A DNA stretch of 64,000 bases from a virus. This document shows, piece by piece, positions 1-10,068 of this stretch (within the stretch, counting starts at the first letter, position 1; the number at the start of each line of letters is the position of its first letter). The stretch is from the IMG/VR virus record IMGVR_UViG_3300043449_002688, positions 64,001 through 128,000 of that record. One strand, 5' to 3'. A program made the position numbers and the translations under genes. The notes below the pieces were generated by a model. The model did not search any database. It was given only the letters and a program-made list of their open reading frames with translations, and had not been told where the DNA came from.

Positions 1-48
1 TGGAGTCCTTGGTACTCTTATTTTGACTAAATACGAAGGCCAATCCCA

Positions 49-240
49 GTGATTCAAAATAAGATGCTGTTTCTAAGCATTGGGTTGTTTGTTCTTTTAG
101 CAGACTTTATGCTAACAATAGCAATATTAACTTTGCTTAAAACTCCTAATAATTTAATTATTCCAATTGCTATTTTTGGAAATATTGGCGCTATAATTTT
201 ATTGTATCACAAAACAAAAAACGGAGGATCAAATGAATAA
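49..240 (+). CDS. small two-helix membrane protein, hypothetical
   Basis: Two hydrophobic stretches; GTG start; 3' end contains the GGAGG RBS of the next gene. Confidence 0.55.
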   Translation: MIQNKMLFLSIGLFVLLADFMLTIAILTLLKTPNNLIIPIAIFGNIGAIILLYHKTKNGGSNE

Positions 241-565
241 ATTTATGGATTTTGACGAAGAAGAAGTGGTTTTGCCGGTAGGAAAAGCAATGAGCGCAGT
301 AAGTGTAAATGCGGCAAAAGCAAATGATTTGGTAACAGAAAGCAAAAATGTAATGCCTACTGTTAAATCGCAAGATTTGGTTTCATTAGCTGAAATGGAA
401 CGAATGCATATTATGAATGTATTAAATCATACAAATGGCAATAAATCAGAAGCTGCCAAAATTTTAGGTATTACGATTAAATCAGTTTATAATAAACTGC
501 ATGAATATGAAAGCGCTGGGCATGCGCTTGGCGTTGCTGCTATTAATGCTAAATCAAGCAAATAA
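233..565 (+). CDS. stand-alone Fis-type HTH (HTH_8) DNA-binding protein
   Basis: SLAEMERMHIMNVLNHTNGNKSEAAKILGITIKSVYNKLHEY matches the C-terminal Fis-type HTH of NtrC-family sigma54 activators; no AAA+ domain; GGAGG RBS. Confidence 0.85.
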   Translation: MNKFMDFDEEEVVLPVGKAMSAVSVNAAKANDLVTESKNVMPTVKSQDLVSLAEMERMHIMNVLNHTNGNKSEAAKILGITIKSVYNKLHEYESAGHALGVAAINAKSSK

Positions 566-575
566 GTTTTAACAT

Positions 576-620
576 AAAGCCTATACTAGCAAAAATAACG
601 CAGTATAGGCTTTTGCTTTT
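576..620. terminator. intrinsic terminator between convergent genes, probably bidirectional
   Basis: AAAGCCTATACT (576-587) / AGTATAGGCTTT (602-613) stem followed by a T-rich run. Confidence 0.75.
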
Positions 621-627
621 TAATCAA

Positions 628-3321
628 TTATTCTACAGGTCCAAGTCTTATCGCTACACCAGTTCTAGCATTTACAGTAAGAACGCCAGTAGTAACTTTT
701 ACGTAAACTCTTAACTGTTCCGTTCCGTTAAAATCTATAGTCCCTAAAGTGTTTAACCCTAAAGTAAAGTTAGAAGCAACCGACTGAACAACCCTTTCTG
801 TATTGGTTATAATTGTGCCATCTTTATATAAAGCTACATAGTTGAGAGAGTTGTTGTTTGTAGATGTCGCTGAACAATTAAAAAATACAGCGTATTTACC
901 TGCGGCTGGAGTTACAACGAAATCGGTTATTTGCTGATAAGTATTTGTTGCAGTAGTTGCGAAAGCCGTTGTTGCGCTTGCATTATAGTTTGAGATACCA
1001 GCAGCTTGAGCAACTTCCACAGAAAAAGGAGAATACATACCTTTTTGAGTAGAGTTGTCTTGTAAAATCAAAGATGAAACAGATTCTGAACTTAAAATTC
1101 CAATTGTTGTTCCATCAAAATACTTTAAAGTAATTGGGCTTGGAGTTCTGTTATAAATTTCATAATTAGTTCCAATATCTAAAGTTGTTGAATCAGGAAA
1201 AACTACGCTAAAGTTTGCAGCAGTTCCAGTTAAAAAGTGAACGCTAGAAGAAGAATTGGATAAATTTAAAGTGCCGCTATTTGTTACCGTAGTAAATGTA
1301 GGAGTTGTAACCAAAATCTTTTTAACAGATTTATTTATACTTGTTATATTAAAGTTATTTAAATTTAAACTTCCAGACATTGAACGAGTACCGTCCAATT
1401 TTAAGAAAGTTAAATCTTCTGCAATTCTAGAACTTGCTTCTGCAGAAACTGCAGTAGCTAAGCTAGAATCAGCAGAAATTCTAGCAGATGTTTCACTTGA
1501 AATTTTTGAATCTAAACTTGAATCAGCAGAAATTCTTGAAGAAACTTCAGTCGAAACAGATGCAGAGATATCAGCTATAGAATAACCATTTATCGTATTA
1601 ACATTTGTAATATTGTTAGAGTTCATGTTTAAATGGCCGCCCATTGGACGAGTACCATCAATTAAAAGATACTGAGTGTGGTCGTCATTTCCTAGGCCAG
1701 AAAGGTTAGCATGATCTCCGTTAAATACTGAAGCTGAAACTTGCCTATCGGCTCCCCAACGAATATCTAAGACAGATTTCATTGCTGCTTTAGGTGTGTT
1801 GGTGTAAGCAGAAGAAGTTTCATAAAACAAAAGATATAAAAGCTTCATTTCTTGAGCAGGAAGATCGCCAAAGCTAATTTTATCCCATGTACCATTTGCT
1901 TTAGCATCATCTAAATCAGAAAACTCAGCTTGACCAAGCAAAGCTATTACTGGTTCCTCTACATTTGTTGTAGCAAAAATATAACTAACTAAATATTTTC
2001 CATCAGCAGAAGCATCTTCTAAAGACCAAACCCCTGCTGTATTTTTATTGTATTGCGCCCTAACAGTGCCTTGGGACATAGGAAATTCTGTAGCTGTAGC
2101 TCTTTTCCATTCTGAGCCAACTCTATAAACTACAGGAATATTTGCAATTGGACTTAAAATTTGTTGAAACGGAGCAGAAGGCGAGGCGCTATTAGTAATA
2201 TTTACGGTTATGTCTTCGTCTCTGATTTGCATATCCGTAAGAGCTATTTGTGTATCAGAATCCGCAGTCCCATCCCCAGCTATATCAAAAGTAATTGATG
2301 CGCCAGAGCTAATCTGAGTGCCGCGAGTTGTATGTAAATAAGAATGCGTTGTACCGTCCATAGTAATTCCATGACGTTCTTCTCCAAATGCCACAGCTTG
2401 ATTGTCAGTAGAATTCCAATGGATAAAAGCAGTATAAGCAACTCCTGTTAAAAGAGCTGGATTAAAGGTTGTATAATAATCTAAAGCTCCGCTTGTATTG
2501 ATATATAAAAAATAATTTCCAGAAATATCGGGGATTTGTTTGGTCAAAGTAGTGGTAATTGTTTGTTTTACCCCTGAAGTATATATATCAAAGCTAGTAA
2601 TTGCTGGAGCAATAGAAAAAGTTCTTGTACTTTCATCAAAAGAAATAATAGACTGAGTTCGATCTGCGTGTCCAGTAGGTTCTTTCATGTCAACAAGAAC
2701 CGTCTTGTCTACTTTTTGATTTATTTCAGATTCAAGGCTAGAATCTGCGGCAAGACGTACTGATTCTTCCGTAGAAATACGAGTAGTTAAGCTAGAATCA
2801 GCAGAAACTCTAGCAGATGTTTCAGTAGAAAGGTCTAAAGTTAAACTTGCATCAGCAGAAGCTCTAGCAGATGTTTCAGTAGAAATTTTAGTATCAAGTG
2901 AACTATCTGCAGATACTCGTGCAGATGTTTCAGAAGAAATTAAAATAGAAACACTTGAGTCAGAAAAAATACGACTAGATTCTTCTGTAGAAATACGAGT
3001 AGTTAAACTAGAGTCGGCAGAAATTCGTGTAGATTCTTCTGCAGAGATTGCAGAAGCTAACGAGCTGTCCGAAGAGATCCTAACGGATTCTTCTGCAGAA
3101 ATTGCCGTAGCTAAACTTTCATCTGAAGAAACTCGTGCAGATGTTTCAGACGAAAGATCCATGCTAGTTTGGCCATTCAAAGCATGCCATTCGCCATTTT
3201 CATATCCATAAAATTTATCCGTTGTTTCATCGTAATAAATTTCACCATTTTGAGGATTAGAAGGGGCAGAAGTTGGTTTTAGCACCAACGATTTTGATAT
3301 TTTAAAACTATTTTTGCTCAT
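628..3321 (-). CDS. tail fibre-like protein with Ser/Ala-rich coiled-coil repeats
   Basis: N-terminal PSNPQNGEIYY module, (S)AETSARISADSSL repeats, DGTRxMxGxLNM fibre motifs, beta-rich C-terminus. Confidence 0.7.
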   Translation of the reverse strand: MSKNSFKISKSLVLKPTSAPSNPQNGEIYYDETTDKFYGYENGEWHALNGQTSMDLSSETSARVSSDESLATAISAEESVRISSDSSLASAISAEESTRISADSSLTTRISTEESSRIFSDSSVSILISSETSARVSADSSLDTKISTETSARASADASLTLDLSTETSARVSADSSLTTRISTEESVRLAADSSLESEINQKVDKTVLVDMKEPTGHADRTQSIISFDESTRTFSIAPAITSFDIYTSGVKQTITTTLTKQIPDISGNYFLYINTSGALDYYTTFNPALLTGVAYTAFIHWNSTDNQAVAFGEERHGITMDGTTHSYLHTTRGTQISSGASITFDIAGDGTADSDTQIALTDMQIRDEDITVNITNSASPSAPFQQILSPIANIPVVYRVGSEWKRATATEFPMSQGTVRAQYNKNTAGVWSLEDASADGKYLVSYIFATTNVEEPVIALLGQAEFSDLDDAKANGTWDKISFGDLPAQEMKLLYLLFYETSSAYTNTPKAAMKSVLDIRWGADRQVSASVFNGDHANLSGLGNDDHTQYLLIDGTRPMGGHLNMNSNNITNVNTINGYSIADISASVSTEVSSRISADSSLDSKISSETSARISADSSLATAVSAEASSRIAEDLTFLKLDGTRSMSGSLNLNNFNITSINKSVKKILVTTPTFTTVTNSGTLNLSNSSSSVHFLTGTAANFSVVFPDSTTLDIGTNYEIYNRTPSPITLKYFDGTTIGILSSESVSSLILQDNSTQKGMYSPFSVEVAQAAGISNYNASATTAFATTATNTYQQITDFVVTPAAGKYAVFFNCSATSTNNNSLNYVALYKDGTIITNTERVVQSVASNFTLGLNTLGTIDFNGTEQLRVYVKVTTGVLTVNARTGVAIRLGPVE

Positions 3322-3358
3322 ATAATTCCTTTTTCACTATCCAAAGGCTTTATTAAAA

Positions 3359-3371
3359 AAGATTAGGGTTA
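3359..3371 (-). promoter_or_regulatory. putative late promoter motif TAACCCTAATCTT
   Basis: Conserved motif upstream of the 897-aa fibre gene; one of 11 copies seen. Confidence 0.7.
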
Positions 3372-3430
3372 TTAATAATATAACACTGTTTTTTTGTAAA
3401 TTAAAGATACCGTAAAATAAATATAACAAT

Positions 3431-3460
3431 AAAAAGGGCCTAAACTTTCGTTTAGACCCT
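3431..3460 (-). terminator. intrinsic terminator after the 1038-aa fibre gene
   Basis: Minus strand AGGGTCTAAAC-GAAA-GTTTAGGCCCT then T run; the G.U pair supports minus orientation. Confidence 0.8.
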
Positions 3461-3487
3461 GGAAAAGCTTAATAATTTTTTATTTTA

Positions 3488-6400
3488 TTAAGCCAAGAAC
3501 TTTTTCACATCAGCTCGCATTGTAGCCGTAGTAGCGCCAGAAGTATATTTTACTTCTACGTTAGCTCCGTTAACCGCTGCAGTAAACGAAATTCCAAGAT
3601 CTGCACTATCGGCAAAGGTATCTACAACAGTAACGTCTGTACCGTTTGTAGCTACACGAAGAGTACCGATACGAACAGCACCAGCAGAATCTTTCATTTT
3701 GTAAGTAATTTCAACACCTTCTACGCTTGCATGTGCAAAAGTAAAGCTTGAAATAACTGCATTAGTTTGGCTGGCTGAAAGAGAAACACCATGAATGTAT
3801 TCTTCTTCAACAAAACCTGTTTTAGAGGCTTGCTTAGCCCGCTTAACAGAGTTTTGACCTGCCAACATAATGTCACTAGAAACGCCTTCGATATCGTTTC
3901 CGTTAACATCAAGATCTCCGCCAAGTTGAGGAGCCGCATCGTCAACGACAGCATTTAGCTTGCCATCCAACTGTTCTTGAACGTTTGAGTCAAGGCCAGT
4001 AAGGTAGCCAAGTTCAGTAGCCGTAACTGTAGAAGCAATTACTACTCCGCTTGCATCGCTAACAAGAGCTTTGCTGGCAGTAAGAGCTGCCATCTTAGAG
4101 AAGGCAATGCCTGCGCTAGCAGAAACTTGCGTATTAGTAATCCCACCATCAGCAACTTTAACACCCGTTCCTGATTTAGAAAGTGTAGAACCGTCAAGCT
4201 TTAAGCTAAGTTGAGCTGCAGAAGCTCCCGAATCGCTTGTACCATCAACAGTAAGATGTAAGCCTGAAGAAGTATAAAGATCGATACCAATTTCATCGGT
4301 AGGAAGTTCTTTAATACCTGCGCCAACCATTACGTTGAGAGTATTGCCATCCCACTGCAAGCCTGTACCTGCATTAGTAGCACCAGGACCACCAAATTCT
4401 ACCCACTCTGTTCCGTTGTAATCGTAAGAATGGCCAAAATGCGAAGAATTGTCATTATCAACATAAACCGCTTGGTTATTAACTGGAGCAGTAAAGCTGT
4501 AAACAATCGCACCGACTGTAGCATTAGTGATTTCTGCAATTTGATCGTCTTTACCAAGCAAACCACCTTGGGCAGCACCAATGTTAAGGTACATGCTGAC
4601 ACCAAAACGGTCGCCAATAGCTACTGGACGATCAAACAAATCTATCCAAGTAGATCCGCTCCAATAAAGAGCGTGTCCTGCTTTTCCAGACCAATCGCCT
4701 GTAGGAGAAACGCCGACAATGTAAACCGCTTTTGTAACAGGAATTCCAGGAGGAGTAGACAAGCTATCGTCATACAAGTTTGGATCTGCAATAGGTCGCA
4801 ACCAAACTGCACCACTAATCAATGCATCAACATAAGATTTGCGAACAGCATCGCCATCATTAACTGGAGCTGCTAGGTTGATAGGAAGATAACTTCCACC
4901 AAAATTTAAATCTCCAGTCATCGTGTCGCCAGCTTTGCTGACTTTAGTGCTAATATCAGAAGCTAAGCTTGCTTCAGCAGATTGAGCACGAGATGTTTCA
5001 GAAGAAACTTTAGTATCAAGTGAGCTATCAGCAGATACTCTTGCAGATGCCTCAGAAGAAATGCTAGTTGCCAGCGAAGACTCTGCAGCTTGAGCACGAG
5101 ATACTTCAGTAGAAAGGTCAGAAACTGTAGAAGAAATTGCAGAAGCTAATGAACTGTCAGCAGAAGTACGTACAGATACTTCAGTAGAAAGATCTCCAGC
5201 TACGTTAGCAATTGATCCAGCAAGTGAGCTATCAGCAGAAGTAAGTGCAGATACTTCAGTAGAAATTTTAGCATCTAAACTTGCATCAGCAGAAATTCTT
5301 GCAGAAGCTTCTGCAGAAACTGCAGCAGTTGCTTCAGTAGAAATTAAAGTAGCTAATGAACTTTCAGCAGATAAAGCACGAGATGTTTCAGTAGAAACTT
5401 TGCTATCTAAACTTGCATCAGCAGAGACTCTTGCAGATTCTTCTGAAGAAACGGCAGTAGTTAAACTAGACTCTGCAGCAGAAGCACGAGATGTTTCAGT
5501 AGAAATTTTAGTATCAAGTGAACTATCTGCAGATACTCGTGCAGATGTTTCAGAAGAAACGGCAGTAGTTAAACTAGACTCTGCAGCAGAAGCACGAGAC
5601 GTTTCAGCAGAAACTTTAGAATCTAAGCTTGCATCGGCAGATACTCTTGCAGAAGTTTCAGCAGAAGCCGCAGTAGCTAAGCTAGATTCCGCAGCAGAAG
5701 CACGAGATGTTTCAGTAGAAATTTTAGTATCAAGCGAGCTGTCTGCAGCGATTCGTGCAGATGCTTCAGAAGAAACAGAAGTAGAAACTAAAGTAGCAAG
5801 TGAGCTGTCTGCAGAAGCTCTAACGCTTTCTTCTGTAGAAATGCGAGTAGTTAAGCTAGAGTCAGCAGAAACTCGTGCAGATTCTTCTGCAGAGATCATA
5901 GTAGCTAAGCTTTCGTCTGCAAAAAGTCGTGTAGAAGCTTCAGAAGAAATTTCGCTTGAAAATTTTGTTTCCAAACTTTCATCAGCAAAAATACGATTAG
6001 AAGTTTCCGCAGAAAGTTTAGTACCTAAGCTTTCATCTGCAGAAATTCGTGCAGAGGCTTCAGCAGAAACTGCAGCAGTTGCTTCACTTGAAATAAGAGA
6101 AGCAAGAGAAGCTTCACCTGAAACTCGCGCAGATGCTTCAGCAGAAACTGCAGTAGCTAAGCTAGATTCTGCAGAAGAAGCACGAGATGTTTCAGTAGAA
6201 ATTTTGCTATCTAAACTTGAATCAGCAGAAACTCTAGTAGATGTTTCGCTTGAAACTTTAGAATCAAGTGAAGATTCCGCAGCAGATGCGCGAGAAGTTT
6301 CCGCAGAAATTTTAGTATCAAGTGAACTATCAGCAGCAATTCGTGCAGATGCTTCAGAAGAAATCTCACCACTTACATAGGCTTTAACAGCAGATACTGA

Positions 6401-6604
6401 TGGCGCTTTATCTGTTTCATTTCCAGATAAAGTATTTACAACGGTATTCAACCCAACTTCTTCAAATTGAGCGTTCGTAACATTGTACATGTAATACTTA
6501 GCTGTAACAGTGTTATAATAAATATAACCAGCCTGTGGATTAGAAGGGGCAGAAGCAAGTTTACCGATTTGCAACGCTCCCGAAATTTTGAAAATATTGT
6601 TCAT
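3488..6604 (-). CDS. long tail fibre-like protein with extended Ser/Ala/Glu/Thr coiled-coil repeat
   Basis: PSNPQAGYIYY N-module, ~470 aa of 18/22-residue repeats, KAGDTMTGDL and DAVRKSYVD fibre motifs, shared ~90-aa C-terminal module. Confidence 0.75.
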   Translation of the reverse strand: MNNIFKISGALQIGKLASAPSNPQAGYIYYNTVTAKYYMYNVTNAQFEEVGLNTVVNTLSGNETDKAPSVSAVKAYVSGEISSEASARIAADSSLDTKISAETSRASAAESSLDSKVSSETSTRVSADSSLDSKISTETSRASSAESSLATAVSAEASARVSGEASLASLISSEATAAVSAEASARISADESLGTKLSAETSNRIFADESLETKFSSEISSEASTRLFADESLATMISAEESARVSADSSLTTRISTEESVRASADSSLATLVSTSVSSEASARIAADSSLDTKISTETSRASAAESSLATAASAETSARVSADASLDSKVSAETSRASAAESSLTTAVSSETSARVSADSSLDTKISTETSRASAAESSLTTAVSSEESARVSADASLDSKVSTETSRALSAESSLATLISTEATAAVSAEASARISADASLDAKISTEVSALTSADSSLAGSIANVAGDLSTEVSVRTSADSSLASAISSTVSDLSTEVSRAQAAESSLATSISSEASARVSADSSLDTKVSSETSRAQSAEASLASDISTKVSKAGDTMTGDLNFGGSYLPINLAAPVNDGDAVRKSYVDALISGAVWLRPIADPNLYDDSLSTPPGIPVTKAVYIVGVSPTGDWSGKAGHALYWSGSTWIDLFDRPVAIGDRFGVSMYLNIGAAQGGLLGKDDQIAEITNATVGAIVYSFTAPVNNQAVYVDNDNSSHFGHSYDYNGTEWVEFGGPGATNAGTGLQWDGNTLNVMVGAGIKELPTDEIGIDLYTSSGLHLTVDGTSDSGASAAQLSLKLDGSTLSKSGTGVKVADGGITNTQVSASAGIAFSKMAALTASKALVSDASGVVIASTVTATELGYLTGLDSNVQEQLDGKLNAVVDDAAPQLGGDLDVNGNDIEGVSSDIMLAGQNSVKRAKQASKTGFVEEEYIHGVSLSASQTNAVISSFTFAHASVEGVEITYKMKDSAGAVRIGTLRVATNGTDVTVVDTFADSADLGISFTAAVNGANVEVKYTSGATTATMRADVKKFLA
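4950..6370 (-). repeat. degenerate 54/66-bp coding tandem repeats (SAETSARVSADSSLDTKI-type)
   Basis: Recurrent gcacgagatgtttcagtagaaatttt-type blocks; related blocks at about 1430-1570 and 2740-3150. Confidence 0.85.
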
Positions 6605-6684
6605 TTCGATCTCCTTAGTTCAAAGCCAATAGGCTGTCTTTTTTAATTTACAAATTAAAATACAGATTAACTGTTTATGTTCAA

Positions 6685-6697
6685 TAGATTAGGGTTA
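6685..6697 (-). promoter_or_regulatory. putative late promoter motif
   Basis: TAACCCTAATCTA directly after the upstream gene's stop codon. Confidence 0.65.
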
Positions 6698-8527
6698 TTA
6701 AGACCATTTTCTGGCAGAAAATTTAAAAATTCCGTTTGCGCCAGTTAAAGTAGAAGTATAAACTATTTCTACGTTTAATCCGGAAACTTGAGCTTGAAAA
6801 TTTACGCCTGAAAAAGCTGTTTCGGTATAATCGTCGTTAAATCCGACATTTGTACCGTCATTTGTTATAAGAAAGCGTCCAACTCGATAAATACCGCTTT
6901 TTTGTAAAGAATATTCAACAATTACAAAGCGATGCAAAGATTTATTAAAAGAAATTAAACTTTGCCAAGAGCTTTGATCGTCATTAACTAATAAAGGCAA
7001 ACTTAAAACTTCATATTTTAAAAGCCCTAACCCAAGTTCTTTTTCGCCAGAATCCCAAGTTAAGTCAGCATCGCCAGCCAAAGCGTCTAAGTTATTGAAT
7101 TGTATAGAAGAATTTGGCCCTGAAGCACCTGTAGCTCCAGCTCCAATTGCGTTTTGAATTATGCTTGATTGAGTTATAGGCTCAATAGTTCCGCCAACAT
7201 TTGAAAGCAAAACTTGCCCTAACTGTATAGAATTAGGAGCATATGGCGCTTTTAAGGTTGTAGAATCGGCTGTAGCCGGAAGAATATTTAAAGTTAAAGG
7301 TATTTCATTATCTAAATTAGCTGCTCCTGGAACTAACGAAACTGAATACCATCTAGAAAAACCGTCTAAAATTAAAGTGTTAGGCGCAGTAAAGGTAGAA
7401 AGTAAAGTCACGCCTGAGTAATCAAAAATTTCGCCAGTATTCCAATTAATTTTAGCCCCATCAAAAGATACATCTAAGTTTTTGACAGACAAAGATCTTT
7501 GAGTTTGATCAATCGCAATTTTATTTGCTGGAGTAATAAAAGTAAATTCAGTAAAACCAGATGGAGTAAGAGCTTTTTCAGCTAAAATTCTAAGCTGTCC
7601 TTCTTTGTCTTTCCAATCCGTTGCCCCAATAATGGAAAGATTTTCTACCGAAATTCCTTCTCCTAAAGATTTAATTTGATTTTCAGACAATTTATCGCCA
7701 GTACAAAGAATAAGATCTGTGCCAGTATTTGTTGCAATAACAAAAGAATCTAAAGGAAGGCTAGTTTCAATTGGTACGTTTAGCGGCGTTAGAGTTTGAA
7801 TAGTGTTAGTTCTATTTAGAACAACGTAAAGAATTTCATTTGCGTCAATAGTATAGGCTGAAGCTTCAATTTTATTTGCCGCTAAAGGCAAACCAGGAAT
7901 GTTAACGTAAGAATCATTTTCAAAGATTAAATTATTGTTTTGATAAAAAACTTTTCCGTCGCCAACAAGTTTTAAATTAAAATTTTGATTATCGTATCCT
8001 CGAACAAAAGTATCTAAAGATCCTTTGTCTCCAGAAATTAACGGCAATCTGTTATTGATAATAACAGTAGTTCCAATACAGCGAGCTAAAATAAGTCTGT
8101 CTGAATTAAAAGTTAAAGCATTAATGTTAGAAATAGCAGGAGTTAAAGTAGTCGGAGTAGCCGTTCTGTTTACGTCTACATAAACTACTTCCCCATCTAA
8201 AAGAGTGAAAGTGTTTGGTTCAATTTTATTAGAAGTTTTAGGTAAGCCTGGAAGCTGTATATAGGCGTCTTGAGAAAAAGATAATTCACTTGCAGGATTA
8301 TTAAGAGTATTATCCCAAACCCCGCCTTCTGTTAATAGAGCATTTTTATCTTGAAAAGGTAAAGTTGATTCACCAATAACTGTCCAAGTTGGTGCTGAGT
8401 TAATGCAAAGTTTTAGTGCATTAATCGAAGTATTATAATAAATTTCGCCAACTTTTCCAGTAGCAGGATCTGCATTAAGCTTTGGGTAAAGCCTAATCAT
8501 TTCAAAATGTTTCGATGGGTTTGACAT
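6698..8527 (-). CDS. virion fibre/connector protein
   Basis: GEIYYN N-module, two internal repeats (AYIQLPGLPKTSNKIE / SYVNIPGLPLAANKIE), shared C-terminal module. Confidence 0.65.
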   Translation of the reverse strand: MSNPSKHFEMIRLYPKLNADPATGKVGEIYYNTSINALKLCINSAPTWTVIGESTLPFQDKNALLTEGGVWDNTLNNPASELSFSQDAYIQLPGLPKTSNKIEPNTFTLLDGEVVYVDVNRTATPTTLTPAISNINALTFNSDRLILARCIGTTVIINNRLPLISGDKGSLDTFVRGYDNQNFNLKLVGDGKVFYQNNNLIFENDSYVNIPGLPLAANKIEASAYTIDANEILYVVLNRTNTIQTLTPLNVPIETSLPLDSFVIATNTGTDLILCTGDKLSENQIKSLGEGISVENLSIIGATDWKDKEGQLRILAEKALTPSGFTEFTFITPANKIAIDQTQRSLSVKNLDVSFDGAKINWNTGEIFDYSGVTLLSTFTAPNTLILDGFSRWYSVSLVPGAANLDNEIPLTLNILPATADSTTLKAPYAPNSIQLGQVLLSNVGGTIEPITQSSIIQNAIGAGATGASGPNSSIQFNNLDALAGDADLTWDSGEKELGLGLLKYEVLSLPLLVNDDQSSWQSLISFNKSLHRFVIVEYSLQKSGIYRVGRFLITNDGTNVGFNDDYTETAFSGVNFQAQVSGLNVEIVYTSTLTGANGIFKFSARKWS

Positions 8528-8553
8528 AATAGTTCCTATATTTAATTAGTTTT

Positions 8554-8566
8554 AAGATTAGGGTTA
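8554..8566 (-). promoter_or_regulatory. putative late promoter motif
   Basis: TAACCCTAATCTT about 27 nt upstream of the start codon. Confidence 0.7.
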
Positions 8567-8572
8567 AACACA

Positions 8573-9712
8573 CTAATCATTTGTTGCTACTGTAATGGTT
8601 TTTGAGCCAGCAACTCCAGGGTTGCCATTTATGCCATCGAAGGCTGCCACTCCTCCATTAACATTGGCTCCTTTAATTCCTCCAATGCCGCCCTCTCCCC
8701 GATTTACTAAAATATTTGATAAAGATATAAATTGATAGCGAGTTTTGATTTCGATCTTCCCACCACTGCCGCCAGAGCCACCACCGCCGCCGCCGCCTCC
8801 GCCGCCAACGCCAACATTGCCAAATTTACCAGCATTACCGCCATTCCCGCCATTAAATCCATTTTGTCCTGAAAAATTAAAAATACCGTTACCAAAAACA
8901 ACTCTTGATTTAAGATACATAGCAAGCCCATGTTTTCCTCTCATTCCACCACCACCGCCGCCGCCCATACCAAGACCGCGATATGTTGGAAAATAATTCT
9001 CATAATTCCCAGGACCTGCACCCCCGCCGCTACCGCCGCCATCTCCACCTCGGCCTTTTATCATTCCAGTTATTATGCTTCCAGATGTAGTAAAGCTTAC
9101 GGATGTTCCATTAGCTCCAGCTCCTTTAGTAAAATTACCTGTACCTCCAGAAATATTACCGCCAGTATTAGAAGTAGTTGGATAACCATTTCCGTTATTA
9201 AAACCGCCATCTCCGTTAATACCGCCAGTAGTCGTATCGGAACCTTCTCCCCCGCCACCACCACCGCCGAATCCATTAGTTCCGGCTCCACCTGTACCAA
9301 CGAAAGCAATATTGTCTGTTCCACCTTTTCCTCCTGCTCCGCCCAATGGCTGAGCAATAGAGTAAGAAACAGTAAAATTCGGAGGATATAAGCTATTAGA
9401 AGGAAAAGCCGTTGTTTTAGACCAAGTTCCAGCCAAACTAACAGTTTGTTGTACTGCTAAGTCAGAAATTTGCCCAATCACAGTGCCTTCGTTTGTAAAT
9501 TTATCTCGACATCCAACAATTACAGGTGTCCTGTTATTTATATTACTTGGATCGTCTACCTTTAATGTTCCACCAGCATTTATAGTTATATTACGATAAT
9601 CGTAAATTGTACCTGGAGTTAAAAGTACAGTTTGCCCGCTATTAACAACTAAATCACCGCCTGTACCAAAAGGCCATCTTGTATTTTGAAAATTAGCAAA
9701 AGGAACCATCAT
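8573..9712 (-). CDS. glycine-rich adhesin-like virion protein
   Basis: Multiple GGGGG/GxGG runs separated by variable loops, reminiscent of polyglycine-II adhesins such as T-even gp38. Confidence 0.55.
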   Translation of the reverse strand: MMVPFANFQNTRWPFGTGGDLVVNSGQTVLLTPGTIYDYRNITINAGGTLKVDDPSNINNRTPVIVGCRDKFTNEGTVIGQISDLAVQQTVSLAGTWSKTTAFPSNSLYPPNFTVSYSIAQPLGGAGGKGGTDNIAFVGTGGAGTNGFGGGGGGGEGSDTTTGGINGDGGFNNGNGYPTTSNTGGNISGGTGNFTKGAGANGTSVSFTTSGSIITGMIKGRGGDGGGSGGGAGPGNYENYFPTYRGLGMGGGGGGGMRGKHGLAMYLKSRVVFGNGIFNFSGQNGFNGGNGGNAGKFGNVGVGGGGGGGGGGSGGSGGKIEIKTRYQFISLSNILVNRGEGGIGGIKGANVNGGVAAFDGINGNPGVAGSKTITVATND

Positions 9713-9714
9713 AA

Positions 9715-10059
9715 TTATGCCATTCCATCTACTACAGTTACATAAGTTTTGTTGTTAATTCTAATAAAAGTATAAATATTTTCCTTACCAGAATTAATTG
9801 CATTAACATAATAAGCTGATACTAAAGTAGGAAAATCAACTGTTATTGTGCTAGCAGAAGTATTTTTGATAGCCAAAATAATCATTTGCCCTTCAATTAA
9901 ATTAGCAAAAGTATAAGTTTTATTGGCGTTAATTTCATTGTAAAAAATAGTATTAACGTCCCAGTCTATAACCGTTCCAGTCTCTAAGTTAGTTGGAACT
10001 TTATAAGCATTATTTACATCTCTGCCTAATGCATTTGTATCGCCAGCAATTTTTGGCAT
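9715..10059 (-). CDS. small fibre-associated beta protein
   Basis: IDW...TYTFANL...G...L.I pattern typical of phage fibre C-terminal domains; GGAG RBS. Confidence 0.5.
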   Translation of the reverse strand: MPKIAGDTNALGRDVNNAYKVPTNLETGTVIDWDVNTIFYNEINANKTYTFANLIEGQMIILAIKNTSASTITVDFPTLVSAYYVNAINSGKENIYTFIRINNKTYVTVVDGMA

Positions 10060-10068
10060 AAATACTCC

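Noticed and set aside
5400-6380. 326-aa plus-strand ORF (also 1256-1585)
   Set aside because: Antisense shadow of the Ser/Ala repeat; repeat codon usage avoids stops; no RBS
8707-9391. Pro-rich and other overlapping ORFs
   Set aside because: Shadows of the Gly-rich gene
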